Assembly: GCF_964355755.1 (NCBI RefSeq)
Contig: NC_092674.1
Location: forward strand, 4,898,001 to 4,962,000
Direction of reading: 5' to 3'
Source: Antedon mediterranea
Taxonomy: Eukaryota; Animalia; Echinodermata
DNA: 64,000 nucleotides
The position numbers were made by a program, and so were the translations under genes. Position 1 is the stretch's first letter, and every line of letters starts with the position of its first letter. Under the pieces are notes generated by a model. The model made no database searches and was not told where the DNA came from. It worked only from the letters and a program-made list of their open reading frames with translations. Shown here piece after piece: positions 1 to 14,550 of this stretch.

Positions 1-953
1 ATGATAATGAGGTATGTGTTAATACTTGACACTGAGTGAGTACGCCTACCAATGGACTACTAATGATAATGAGGTATGTGTTAATACTTGACACTGGGTG
101 AGTACGCCTACCAATGGACTACTAATGATAATGAGGTATGTGTTAATACTTGACACTGAGTGAGTACGCCTACCAATGGACTACTAATGATAATGAGGTA
201 TGTGTTAATACTTGACACTGAGTGAGTACGCCTACCAATGGACTACTAATGATAATGAGGTATGTGTTAATACTTGACACTGAGTGAGTACGCCTACCAA
301 TGGACTACTAATGATAATGAGGTATGTGTTAATACTTGACACTGAGTGAGTACGCCTACCAATGGACTACTAATGATAATGAGGTATGTGTTAATACTTG
401 ACACTGAGTGAGTACGCCTACCAATGGACTACTAATGATAATGAGGTATGTGTTAATACTTGACACTGAGTGAGTACGCCTACCAATGGACTACTAATGA
501 TAATGAGGTATGTGTTAATACTTGACACTGGGTGAGTACGCCTACCAATGGACTACTAATGATAATGAGGTATGTGTTAATACTTGACACTGGGTGAGTA
601 CGCCTACCAATGGACTACTAATGATAATGAGGTATGTGTTAATACTTGACACTGAGTGAGTACGCCTACCAATGGACTACTAATGATAATGAGGTATGTG
701 TTAATACTTGACACTGAGTGAGTACGCCTACCAATGGACTACTAATGATAATGAGGTATGTGTTAATACTTGACACTGAGTGAGTACGCCTACCAATGGA
801 CTACTAATGATAATGAGGTATGTGTTAATACTTGACACTGAGTGAGTACGCCTACCAATGGACTACTAATGATAATGAGGTATGTGTTAATACTTGACAC
901 TGAGTGAGTACGCCTACCAATGGACTACTAATGATAATGAGGTATGTGTTAAT
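1..953. repeat. 62-bp minisatellite, at least 15.4 near-identical copies, truncated by the window edge
   Basis: Unit ATGATAATGAGGTATGTGTTAATACTTGACACTGAGTGAGTACGCCTACCAATGGACTACTA starts at 1, 63, 125 ... 931. The only variant is a single A>G in copies 2, 9 and 10. Confidence 0.98.
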
Positions 954-1570
954 CCTTGAATTTTCTTTGATGCACAATTACAACTTTCATGTAGGCCATG
1001 TTTCCGCAGCCAAAAATTAACCGATAATTAGCCGATAATTAACCGATAAACTGCCTGTGGAAACGGTGTTTAACCGATTCAGCTCGAAAAAAATAACCGA
1101 TAATTATATCATTCAAATTATTGGATAAATGCGATCATTTTAACCTTTGACCTGTAGGACAAATTGTTGCGTTGTGATTGGTCATTTGGTTGTTTTAATA
1201 ATAATAAACTGATCATGCGCACTTTATTGGTTAAAAAATAACTTTGTTTTGGCTGCGGAAATTTATTTGACAAAGATAACACACATTCATTTATAGCGCC
1301 ACCTACATTGAAATTACTTTTAGCCCCAAGTGCCATAACAAATAATGGTGATGTTAGATGGGAATATTATATTCAGAAAGGATATTAGCACAAATTAGTA
1401 GTCTACATCTTTGGATATCAATATCTTACCCAGAGCATTACGTATAGTACTTAAGTTCGGTATTGAGTTATTAAAGCGAAAAAAGACTCTTGATTATAGA
1501 TTTATATTAACCAATTAGTCGAGAATGGTATTTATTAATTGAGAGTAAAAACGACAAATGATGTAACTTA

Positions 1571-1732
1571 AGCTCTGTCTACACTATCAAACTAGTTTGA
1601 TAAAAAAAAGTGTGATGTACCCAAATATTGTGGTGATATGACCAAGTATGGTAGTGATATGACATCATCATGTCCATATATGGGCACATCATATTTTTTT
1701 GTCACATAAAGTTTGATAGTGTAGAAATAGCT
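1571..1732. mobile_element. PIF/Harbinger-like MITE family A
   Basis: TIR AGCTCTGTCTACACTATCAAAC with TTA flanks on both sides and internal CCAAATATGGTAGTGATATG repeats. About 10 copies in the window. Confidence 0.85.
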
Positions 1733-2594
1733 TTAAATCAGTACAAAATTTGGAAGATTCATATGAATAATGAGCGTATAATATTATTTACGTCACTAGT
1801 ATGGTCTTTAAACAATACATTAGTTTTTCAATATTGCAAAGGTAGATACATTGTTTCAATCGATTTTTAAACACATTTTTTTAATCGATTTTAAAACATA
1901 TTTTTTAATCGACTTTAAAACACATTTTTATATCTGAATTATTCTTTTTAATAAAAAGAAAGGATTGTTTTTAAACATTTGAATGCATGAACAATACGGG
2001 TGGGGTCATGACATTATCACAGTTTACGACATTAGCAAGTGTTTATGATGTAGAAAACCAAAGGTATTAGCTTTAAAGAGCGCATGGGGACATATTATAT
2101 TTATAATACCATATTACATTACAAGAATACATACATATACATATTATGATTGTGTTTTAAGGAACTAAAAATGTCAATTCGTCGTATGAAATGGTGCGTA
2201 GGCCATAAAGATATAAATGTTGGCATCTAGTCGTCATTGCCCCAACGTGTTAAAACATTAAATTTCTTTTTAAATTCGCCTTAATTAAAAGCGCCAAAAG
2301 TGGAGTAATGTAGTAATTATAGCTAGCAGTACTCCATTAGATATATGTTGTACGGAAACATCTCAAGATTATACTTATAATAAAAATGGTCTTCCTAATA
2401 CTTGGATCCCACTTAAAGGCGCAATGCAATAAGTTATAGATTATTCGAACTGTCGATTGTCATTGGTCAACTCGCGCGCGCGCGTTCACCGGTGGCGTGT
2501 TGCGTCGCTGTTGGGAACCGAACTTTAACACGCATTACTAAACATTACAATACATTAAAATAAGAAAACAAACAAAAATACATAATTTACTTAC

Positions 2595-5500
2595 TTGTTG
2601 AATTAAATGTCGCTAGGAATCCATGCCTGTAGCTATTCGAGCGATATATCTTATACTCTAAGAACATCACATCCCCAGTTGACACGACTGGAATCGGTCG
2701 ACGCGTTCCCGTTACGAATAATAAAATAGGTGCGTCAACATCATCACCGTCCCGTATCCTTAGGTACTCCTGATAACGGCCACTGGAAGATAGGTCAAAC
2801 GAATTGAACGTGATGTTGACGCGATATCCATGGTTTACACGTATTATCCAGGTTGCGCGAGAATGACAGTCTTTCTCGTACGCATCGATGATACCAGAAG
2901 GACTCTCCACTAAACAACCACATCCACACGTGTTATACGTTTTTGGTAGTTGATTATTCCCTGAAACTAAACAGAAAATAATTGGTGAATATAATTATTG
3001 ATAAGTCTACAAAGCACTTTCATCCACAGTAGCGACTGTATGGAAAACAAACAATGGAAACTCCTATCCAAGATTAATAAACAACTTGCTTAAACTACTG
3101 TATATGGCATCAGACGATGATAATACTGTACTTCAAAATAGCATATAATAAACACTTTTAATTAAACAATTATTAATATCCAAACAAAAAACAACGATTA
3201 TTTTGTATTAGTAAAAAACATATCTAATTTTGAAGAAAATGAGATATAATTTATTTTATAGTACTGGTATGACAATATTAAATTAAGAATGTATAGTATA
3301 AATGTTTATAGTTGATGAGTGGTATGACACAATCATTTTTACATTTGACTCTATTTTTTGTATTTTAAGATAATGATGTCAGAAACGTATTTTGTAGGCT
3401 TATTTACATTGTTCTATATAATCATCGAACTAGTATCTCAGCACTTTCACTTAATCTACAACAGTCATAACTATTCCATCGCTATACAGAATCATCGGTA
3501 TGTCGGTTTTAATTATGTACCATATTGCTTGTAATTATTGTGCGCGTAGTAGATTAGATGGATACGTACGCGCATTTCATTATCCCTGACAGACACGTCG
3601 TAGCAGTGCTTCATTTGTCGTTTCAACGTGTTTAAATGGCTTATTCGCTAATGCAAAAACCTCCATAATGTCTTCATTATTCAATTTGTATTACTCCAGA
3701 AAGGTTAGAAAAACAACTATGAGGTCATTTAGATTTACTTACTCACTCAGAACATCACATATTTTCTGTGGAAACTCGAGATTATGGAAATAGACGTTAT
3801 TAAGTTTATTTTGCCTTATTTGCATACCAGATGCTCTAATTACTGTTTTTACGTCCTTTTTCTTATTAAAATAACTTATTTAAACCAAATTATGAATTCA
3901 AACGGCAATAAACTAATTAATAAGATCATTAGAGAGTTGTATTGAGGAGAGTATTATTTATAAATCTTTTTGAAAATAAAAACATTGTACAAACCAAAAC
4001 GTAAGAAATATTTTGATTTGTTGCGCTGGAAATAAAGATTTGATTTGATTTTATTCGGTTTCAACATAAGATTACAAGACAATGTGAATGCAAAAGAAAT
4101 TACAACCAAATACATTAAATTGGAAACCAATGATAGCCTATATAGTCGAAAGAAAAATCAACTTAATTCTAATGGGTCAAATCAAGCACGCAACATTTTA
4201 TTATAAATTTATAACGACTCTCTTTTTTTTTAGGAAATAATGTAATTCTTTCTCTTTTTAGTAAGTAATCAGATGATTAATAAGAAAACATAGAGAGTTT
4301 TCACAAGTAGATTAAATTCGATTTCTAAGAAGATATGAGTTTTAGATTAACCATTGGCACTTGATAAACCTGAGTATAAAGTATAATTATGTACGAATAA
4401 TGCCAACAAGTAGATGCAAGTTCAATTTTGAATTTCTTCGAGGCATGTATACAATTTCGACAACATTATTTCAAAGTGACAATACTTGAGGGTATGTTGT
4501 TGTGAGTCACGTATTTAGTTAATAGAATGCAAATGAATACACGTACTATCGCCCGAATTCACGACGTATACTTCCAATTCAAAATAAGTATACAAAGTTT
4601 GACGAAACCGATGCACCATTATACTGTACACAACCCATTCTGCAGCTGTCACTAGATACATCTTAACTGACTATCGCAAGTCACTGAGATAGGTGTATTA
4701 GCGGTATCGTTTCTGCTGACTACACATAGGCTAGAGACATATTATTTAGAAAGAGATGTAGGCCTACGTTAATAACTTAGATTGTAGGTGTTATGTCGCT
4801 AGAGACGATACCATAAGAAGGGAATGTCATTGTGGTCTTTATTGGTTTCCCAAGTTCCATTCTTACCTGTAGGGCAGATGAATAAGTTACACTCCTCAGT
4901 TTTGACGTAATCACCATTGCACAGAGCACCACCATTTTTAGGAACTGGGTTCTCACAGCCACGCGTTCTATGACGACTTCCACCACTACAGCTAGCAGTA
5001 CAGGCACTCCACTCACCCCATTCAGACCAACCACCAGCTATTGCTATTTTAAGAAAAATATAAATTGATTTACATTATTACTACTGTATATTGACAAATA
5101 ATAATAACATTTACAGGCAATACTACTTAGCAAAACATCATACAGAGAAATATAAGTTTAAGACAGCTATATCACCCTATTGTGCAGTGTCACTAGGTAA
5201 ATCTTAACGGACTACTGACATATTGCTTAATACACCTAGACTCGTATCTAGATGACTATCAATAGTCAGTTAATGTCTACCTAGTGACAGCTGCAGAACC
5301 ATGTGGCTAAATTTTACATTATATTTTTATGCAGTATTCGAATATTGCGATTGTGTGGAAGGGGGAAAAGTCATAGCTGCGATTTTTTACGCTTCCATTT
5401 AAATAGAATGTTAAACCAGAAATCAGACAGAATACTGAGTAAGCAAGTTAATTAAAACTGACATTGATTTATCATTCTTTATTCCTAATTGATATACACT

Positions 5501-8500
5501 AGGTAATTTAAATCACGCTGTATCTCTCTATATGTCAACATAAAGAGAACGTGCGATGTGTTATCATAACCAATTTGATTTATAATATCCTTTGAGTGTT
5601 CTAATGGACGATTGGCGCCCGTATTGCAGCCGCAAATGTATGCGTGACGCGCGCGTACAAATGCCGTTCATTCTTATCAACATTTGAACGCGCGCGTTTT
5701 TTTGTTGTTGTATCTTCATCACCACGTGGTACTGTTAATATACAGTAATCTGTAAACAAACCTACTCAGAGTATTCGAATAATTCATGTACAGTAGTAAG
5801 ATTAGGCGGTATTTGATATGTTTAATTGAAATTTAAGTAAGTAGGCCTAAAATAATAGAAGTTCACTCACCGATATCCGACGAATAAAAGGGGACGCACA
5901 TGCGTGCTTGTTCGTGTACCGAACCAGTTCTCGTTACACTTACATAGAAAAAACAATATCCCAGATGAGTAGGAACAGACTTAGCTTGTTGGGCACCTGG
6001 TTCATAAAAATTAGAACAAGCTATTTTGTTATCATACTCATTGTTAGGCGTGTCAACCTCTAATATATACGCTAGACTGCCAATAGGTCCGGCCTCGGCA
6101 GAATAGCTTGTCTGGCCGTAAACTCGAATTTTATCATTTGATTTTCCACAATAAGGAGCTTGATGGTTAACGGATAACGACTGGTTTTTCGAGCACTCTG
6201 ATATACTCGGTGATGGCACAGTAACGCTATAGTTAGGGTTCCATAATACATTCATAAAATCACTAGATCCTAATACAGTACCACTCTTAGTTGTAACAAG
6301 AAATATATAATATCCAGCAGTATCTAAATATTCGCAGTCCAATGTCACTGTTGAATGTCCTTCTTGATAATCAATCGATTGCGAATATACTTCGATTTGG
6401 TCGGATTTATGATCGTTGTATTTCCGATATCTGGCAATAAAAAGTAGCTCATGTTGATTGTGTTGACAAAGGCCATTGTTAAACTTCATATAGAGTGATA
6501 TTCCGACAGGGCCGTCAAGAGTTTGCAATTGTGTTGAAGGTCGAACAACCTCCAAAAATGGAGGTTCCACGGTGAGGATGTCGCTTTGGGCTAACGTCGT
6601 TTCATTGTCATCCAGCACTTGAACAATCAGCCTACTTGTGTTGGTAAACATACTGCATGGGTATATAACTACCCCTGCTTGAGATGACACGTGATTGCGA
6701 TGCAATGATCGATTCGTATCAATATCAATCAATTCCAAAATTGCGTCTGATTTATTTCCACTGTTTTCCACCAATGTATAGTTGACTGAAATGTTTACAT
6801 TACTAAAGGCCATGTGTGTTGTAGGGGCCTGTACAAGATAAGTTCCATGGCAGAAACAAACTAAAATGAAATGGAAAATGATATTACAAAAAGTCAAAAA
6901 AAGCTCTGTGTACACTATTAAAATAGTTTGAAAAAAAATGCTAGTGATATACCCAAATATGGTAGTGATATGAAATTATCATTTCCATATATGGGCACAT
7001 CATATTTTTGTTGTCACATAAAGTTTGATAGTGTAGACAGAGCTAAGGTCATGCATTGATGACAGCCTGTATATCTGTTTTGTAAATATATAGTAGGCCT
7101 AGTATACGGTTTAACATTTTACGTAACAAGGTTACGCATATAAAATAAAGCTTGGTTCCTAGGACGCAGCGCAATGACGTAAGCATTTTAACCAATCAAG
7201 CGACGTATTTAGTTCATGGATTTAGCTAAAAAATGACGCTTTTGAAAACTATTATCCAAATCTGTCACTTGTCAAGCAAAATTTAAATTGTTTTTAAAAT
7301 GTTCTTGCTTATTATCTGAACAAATAGGTCAGTACAATTGGGTCATTTAATTACGTGGTTGAATTTGGACCTTCATTGATTCCTGTGCTTAGATCTATCT
7401 CTCACATTACTCTGATCAACAAAAGAACTTGTTTACTATATGGGATTTATTTCACGGAATGCCCGGTGGTGACCCTCTAGCCTCGGTATCATTTAACCGG
7501 AAAATCAAAAGTTAAAAAGAAGGTTATGTATGATGAAAAGCGGCTGTGTCGACTCAATTGTACATTAAAAGCCCACTTAAAAGGGTGTAACTTAACATTT
7601 ATTTGCTTGCTCTTTTAAATAGCTGACCGCAGAAATTGGCTATATTAAATTACTGGCAAAAATGCGATGAACTTGGATAGAAATTAAATGATATGTTTGC
7701 CATTCTATTATAAAGTATACCACCATAGTAATAAATAGTATACGATATAGATTTTAGAAAAGATATGACTCTAATGTATTATAATAGAATATATAGAAAT
7801 ATATACAGTTGTAATTTCTTGATATGGATGACTTGTCTTCCGATATAAAAGAAATTTAAATTGTTTGACAACCTTATGGTTATTCTATAAGTGAATTTAG
7901 GTTTGTCATTTAGGTTATAGTCATTATTTTGTAGAGAATAAATAGGAAATAATGAATAAAAAGTAAATTACAAATTAAATTTGAAAGTATTATCAAATTA
8001 TCTCATCTAAATTCAAAAAGAACTGTTCAAATGACAACAGTTTTATTGGTTTAGAGACCTGCACTACGGGGTGCAATTCGAGACACTATTATGGCAACAT
8101 AAATTGCAATGTTCCGGTCGGCGTCCCGTATACAAAGGTGAGATTAACACAAGTGTACGCCCAACGCATTTTTGAAAAAAATATTTGTATGAGATCATGT
8201 GGTAATATATATGTATAAACATTTAAAACAGATTTTTTACTAGGTTTAACAATTCATGAAAGGAAGTTAACTTTGAAATGTAGGCCTAATCATTATTGAT
8301 ATATTCATCGACTATTATATACCAAATACAAAGTTACCGATATTTTGCTTTAAATTGTATATGTTCTTATCCTACGATTTAATATTCAGTAAAACAAACC
8401 TGAATCAACACTTATGATAATAGCATGTTTAATGTGACAAAACTAAATAAATCTTGCGATTAGTATTCAATGGATGAAACACCCTTGCTATTGAGCCGCC

Positions 8501-8886
8501 TCGGGACATAGAAGCAACCCATGGAATGATCACATATGAATAGATTACGTGCTATAATGTCAGAATAAATCACATACTTCGAGTTTAAATCAAATAATAT
8601 GGAAGTGTCTATTTGAGACATCACAAACTATGCAATACCAATCCTTTAATAACATCTGCGCATGCCCGAGATCAATCAGTGCTAGTCTTCCATCCCGATG
8701 TTTCGCGGAGGTTATACAACACCGCTTTTTTTTTCCTTTTCTACACATGTATGTGCGAATGGTCATCCGCAATTCATATGCAAAAAAAAACATTAAGGTC
8801 GTTGTATACTGTATAATCATTACATTATACTTACTTAATGAAACAAAAATTAAGATGATCAAAATCCATCTCGTGTCTTTCTCCAT
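2595..8886 (-). CDS. THSD1-like protein (signal peptide, THSD1 N-terminal ectodomain, TSP1, CUB); 3' partial
   Basis: Exons 8886-8835, 6860-5871, 5043-4867 and 2966(or 2960)-2595, all phase-1 GT-AG. The joined signal peptide is MEKDTRWILIILIFVSLICFCHG. The large exon (HMAFSNVNISVNY...YCFFY...C) resembles vertebrate THSD1 (HVALSNDTVYVDF...YCFDF). The TSP1 exon reads GGWSEWGEWSACTASCSGGSRHRTRGC. The CUB exon reads WIIRV..VNITFNSFDL..YLRIRDG..GFLATF. Confidence 0.85.
5183..5297. mobile_element. Short palindromic MITE
   Basis: TGCAG(C)TGTCACTAGGTA ... TACCTAGTGACAGCTGCA inverted ends. Related fragments at about 4638-4720 and 19120-19190. Confidence 0.55.
6902..7044. mobile_element. MITE family A copy
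   Basis: Same TIRs and core as 1571-1732. Confidence 0.85.
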
Positions 8887-8903
8887 CGGATCTCTACCGC
8901 GTC

Positions 8904-8917
8904 GTTACTATGGCAAC
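8904..8917. promoter_or_regulatory. RFX X-box
   Basis: GTTACTATGGCAAC matches the RFX consensus GTNRCC/Y(N0-3)RGYAAC and lies 18 bp upstream of the THSD1-like ATG. Confidence 0.5.
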
Positions 8918-9112
8918 AATTAATACCTGTCTCATTGTATTATCGGTAACTAGCGCATCAACATACTGCAAAGATAATATACCTACAAAATAAGAATAAC
9001 ATAGTTATGAAGTTATGAGATGATGTTGAGTTAACGCAAATCAATGATGTATGCCTATAATGCCTTCTGCATCAACCTAGTGCAATTGATAATATACCTA
9101 CAAAATAAGAGT

Positions 9113-9115
<3 letters not shown>

Positions 9116-9204
<89 letters not shown>
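9116..9204. repeat. (AT)n microsatellite, about 44 units
   Basis: Pure AT dinucleotide run. Confidence 0.98.
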
Positions 9205-9208
<4 letters not shown>

Positions 9209-12200
9209 TGACGTTATAAGACAGTGTGGATTTAACTCAACAATGATGTATGAAACGCTTATAATGCCTTCTGCTGCTTAATTTTGGTCTAATAATCAGC
9301 TTTATTACCGTATTTATACTAACTATACAGCATTATTTACTACGGTTGACGTTGTTGTCAATAGTTGAAACTTCAAAATAAAAGGCAATCAGGGCATTCC
9401 GTATTCTCATTCTATCGTGTTAAACTGAACAAAATTATTTCGCTTAATGAAACAATCCCATCATTTTCGACACCATAATAAATAAATCTGACAAAAGCCC
9501 ATAATTCGACACATATATTATTTGTAAACCTCGTGGCATATGTGTGATTAATGTTTTACCTTATGATATCTGATGACGGTGTTTTAATGATCAATCACCA
9601 CGGTTACATGGCTATACCTATATGGCTTCCAAGAATAAATAATGTAGAACTATATAAATCCTTAGGCCTAAGAATCGTGTAGTATTAAATGCTCCTTGAA
9701 AATGGGTTACGTGCCTGTTGAATCCGGTAGGCCTAGGCCTCTATAAAAGTAGACTTCAATAGACTAGACGACCTACTAAAACGTTTTGATCCTTGTTCAA
9801 TAAATTTAAACCCTACTTCAAAAGTCACTCCCACAAACGTACCGTATTTATAGTAGTTTAGTTTATATACAATTTCACTCATATACTCAACTATCTCTAT
9901 CAATAATTCGCTTGTACAAATTTGGATATGTTTTTCATTGATAATTTTTGGATGGCGTCGAATCTGTCTCGTGTGGAAAGTTTATTTTTTAGTCCGTGTT
10001 TCCAAAACAAAGCGTAACCAGGCCAGTAATAAATACCTGAACCCACTTTTCAGTTTGTATATAATCATCTATGCCATAGACTATACCTCTTTAATTTAAA
10101 CAATTTATTACCTCATAAATAATGAATAAAGGTATGAGATCAGTCTAGAGTCAAAAGTATCTTATGTTAAACCTGAATAATTTAACTCTTAACAAAAATA
10201 TTACGATCATATCCATGACTCCAAAAACTGGTTCGTTCTTTTGTACTTCACCAAAATATTAGGTTGCCGCTTATTCATTTTGGATGAATTTTCTACATGA
10301 GAGTGGGGGTGGTAGACCAGCTATCCCCCAGGGTCCGGCACATTCCATTACTAACAGTCACATTTACCAACCATAATCGTTGATAATGCGAATAACATGT
10401 TGAAGTTTGAGGTGAATTGTTTGATATTTTATTATAGTCCCATGTGATATTAACATTGCATCTATAGTTAGAAACTAATTTGAATCGACCTACTGCATGT
10501 TTGTTTAGCCTAATAATATGTGATTCGTTGAAGTATAGTTCATTCTCTTTATTAAAACCACTTTAGTTTTTCCAATTTCTTAAAATATTTGTTGGGAACT
10601 ATTTTTAGGGGTTTCTCTTTTCTCTCTCTGCTTTTTGTGTTGTTTGCTTTTGTGTTTTTGCAATTTCACCATTGTGTTCATAAATTATGGTAATTGTTTT
10701 CCAGTATTCTCTATATTTATTGAATGTAATTCATTGTAATTTATTTAGAAATAAGTCGGTGTATTGTATTTTTCAATTCAAATGTACAGTGTGTTGTGAT
10801 GATGATAATCAATTGCATGTTACTCTGTAACTCAATAATATGTTTTAATATCACTTGAGGTCGAGTGTACTTGAACTTTGACATGCCTCTCGTATAATGT
10901 GGTGTCACCCACTTCAGACATTTAGCAGTCCATAACATAAGAATACATGTACTTCAATGTAATCGTAAAATATTAGTAATGCTAGTAAGAAAATCACAGC
11001 GATGGCATATGATTTATGAACTATTATCAATCACTGACTATTGCTGTCCACACTGGTACTGACCATGTAAGCACCTGTTCAGACGAATAAAATGATGACA
11101 CGTTTGTTGCCTTGGCAATTAACGCTAATGTTATACTCAATTTTAACATAATGTTTGTCATCTTACTTAACGACCAACATTTAAAAAAATTAACATAAAA
11201 TTAAAAAAATATAAAATATAGGCCTACACACAAAAAATAATTTATTGTATTGTAGGCCTACATTTCGTTCACATTTTTTCGGTTACTGTGTAGTACTATT
11301 AGCTACGGTATATGGACATATCACAATACACTCCATATTATTATTATTGTTTTAATGTTAACAAATTGGCCATTTATTCAGATATAACACAAAAAATGCA
11401 TCATTTTTAGATATAAACTATAACAAATCATTCATATTCTTAGAAGGAAACAATTCAGTTTATTGTATTACAAATTTCATTACATCAGCCAAGTAGGCTT
11501 TACTATGGCCTACCACAGGATACTGATGACTCCTTAAGTGGAGTATATATTACCATGGAGGTATACAAAAAGATACCTCCATGATATTACAGATACTGTT
11601 GTGGAACATGAGAGAGATAGTCATGACTAAAAAAGCACTTTATTTACACGAGCAAACAAAATTACAATTGGTAAACTTGGTGTGTGCAAGGCAAATAAAG
11701 TGACCATCACTTAAAGCTGAGATTCTAAAATAAACTGTACAACAATAAGACGGTCTTATAGTCTTATATTGAGGCCTAATATGTAAAAACACATCGTTTT
11801 TACCCACGGTACGGCTGGAATTATTAATATCTCTCTTTAATCTAGTTAGCTGACCTTCTTTTATTGTAGTCCTACAACACGTTATAATTGTAATTTCCAA
11901 AATCAATACACAATATACAATTATAATCGTATTTCTGTGGCTTTACTTCCGTTAACATTTCCAGCTTCTTATGAGGATTAACCCTTCTTGTACAACTCTG
12001 TCATTACGTCATCTTTGGCTATAACTTTTAAGTGTGCCACCAACCCCCGCCAATATCGGTTTGATAGACCTACTATACTACCTCACTCATCCTTACCTTA
12101 ATGGCTGCTTCTTATTCTGGTCCTTACGGAAACTGAATTTTACATCTTGCTAAATTAAAAACACAGTATACGCAGTACTCCGCATTTATCTGCTCTAGGC

Positions 12201-13434
12201 CTCTAGCCTTCCCGACGTTAACTACAACACAGATTTACAAATTTACCACAGCCTCCCACCTCTCGTGACATCACTGTTAACTTGCCGTGGATGCTGTAGG
12301 CAGATCACTAACCATTATAAAATTACCGTCTTCATTTCTTCAACCCGTAGGAATGTTTGCTTAGCCAATGTAAGCTAAACGCTCTCTGGACCACCGTCCG
12401 GGTCTGAACTAAGTGATTGACAGCCCCTAATGTTGTCCTTTTGAGATAATTGGATCTCGGGATTCACCATTAATGACTTGGTGCACAGCCAGGGTTTATT
12501 TTAATTAAAGAGAATTAATATAAAAATAACTATACTAGGAATTACCTATTGTTCAAAATAGTATTAACTTGCACACATATAACTAAGAATGTTTTTCTTA
12601 AAATCCGAAATTGAAATTGTACGATACATTTCAGTAAAAGTAATTAAAGGCCTACTAAAATAGAATAATTTCAGTTCAATGTATTTCCACGATTCACAAT
12701 AACATACAGAATAATAAATACAATGAAGTAATCATGTGGGGCGAGGGTCATATAAGTCAGAAAGACCTGTAAGTTTGACCCACCCCATTATATAACATTA
12801 AGTACGAATACGAAAAAAGAAAAAAAATACATTAACTGTTTGTTTGCTTTTTAGCACAAAAGCAAGCTTGCAATCGTTTTTAGCTTATAGATCTTACCTC
12901 CGCACAGTCAGGATCGTTGTAACTTCAAGGGGGCCAAGCCACTATTGTCCCTCTTTATTCATTCCCAGTATTAAGTGGTATTAAGGCTAAGGTCAGACTA
13001 TTAGTATATAAAGACTAGTCAACAATGCATGTAATGATCAACAATTGCGCTTCCATAATAAGTGCCTTCTTGTATACTGAAACCACGTCATTCTGTTTAT
13101 CTTTCACATAATTTAAATCTAGTCACCGAAACTTGATCAATCTGTATGGGCTTTCACGCCTAAATTACATGCTAAATTTAACATCTTCGTTCAGCCTAGT
13201 GAATTTCAATTTTGTATGTACTATTATAATGGAAGACAAAATAAACACAATTTATTCCAAAGATTATTTGTTTTGTTTATTAGATATAGTGAGAAATATC
13301 GAAATATGTTTGCTTTTGGATCTAGTTTTCCATATGATTGAGACTAACTAAGTCTATTTTTCTGGAAGGCTATTTATAGTCGATCTTGAACCTGAACAGG
13401 GTAGAAGGAGAGTTTAGAGGACATTTGTCCCTTA

Positions 13435-13593
13435 AGCTCTGAGACACTATCAAACTTTATGTGACAAAGCAATGTGATGTGCCCATATATGGACATGATG
13501 ATGTCATATCACTACCATATTTGGGCATATCACTACCATATTTGGACACATCACACTTTTTTATCAAACTAGTTTGATAGTGTAGACAGAGCT
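13435..13593. mobile_element. MITE family A copy (inverted)
   Basis: Same TIRs, TTA target duplication. Confidence 0.85.
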
Positions 13594-14335
13594 TTACATA
13601 CAGTATAGCCATAATCTGCATGATAATGTGTTGACTTTCTTTCGTCCACCTGTGCAGGGGACAGGTTGCAAACATTTTTCCCCAACCCCCCTCCGCTCAA
13701 TGCATTCTTCGGTACTATTTAATTACTCTATCCAAAATTAATTATTTATAATAAACATAGCCCAGCCTAGTCTAACGTTTTACTATAGGCCTATCAAACA
13801 TTGAATTATTCTTCCTCTATTATATGCAAAATTTTTTTTATATAGTCATTTTTATCTTGTACGTTTATTATACACTGTAGGAACTGACCTTACGAAGTTA
13901 GTTCTACATCTATTCTTATTTTAAAACATGATTTAGTGGATTTGTCTGCACTCCACTAGTTTTTTTTTTCATATAACGATTCTAACGATAAAGTAATTAC
14001 AATAAATAATATATACAGTCGTTTTGTCACCTATAACTAATGGATTTTAAATGACATGGATCGCCATACTATATAATTCGTATCCTATAAATTAAAATGA
14101 ATGAAATCATTACTATTATACATGTTTTGCATCATTCTACAGATATATACAGTTTCATCAAAATTTCAATAAAGTACGTTGAACTTTGTTAATCGAAATG
14201 GTTGATCTAGTTTCACACAACGTAACAAACGAATTGTTATTCGATATCAAATAATAACTTCATTCAGTTTACGATGCCAATATTGATTAATGTGAACAGT
14301 ATATAAAATCACATCTCAGCAATGCAACAGTAAAG

Positions 14336-14478
14336 AAAATGTGTTACGTTACCTATGAGCAGCCAATCGGGACAATATAACTAAAATGTGTTACGCGTTA
14401 CCTATGAGCGGCCAATCGGGACAATATAACTAAAATGTGTTACACGTTACCTATGAGCGGCCAATCGGGATAATATAG
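14336..14478. repeat. 48-50 bp tandem repeat x3
   Basis: AAAATGTGTTAC(GC)GTTACCTATGAGCGGCCAATCGGGACAATATAACT repeated three times. Confidence 0.9.
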
Positions 14479-14550
14479 CTGGCTGAGTCGGTTCTTCCGG
14501 TGCATGCACTAGGTCGGATTTTATAGTGTGGTTTTAATGCATGATCCTAA

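Noticed and set aside
1-953. CRISPR-like array
   Set aside because: Head-to-tail identical units with no unique spacers, no cas genes, and a eukaryotic context.
4777-5034. 85-aa ORF from the track
   Set aside because: Wrong frame; the real product is the TSP1 exon at 5043-4867.
13457-13675. ORF with KYGSDM repeats
   Set aside because: Translation of MITE family A internal repeats.
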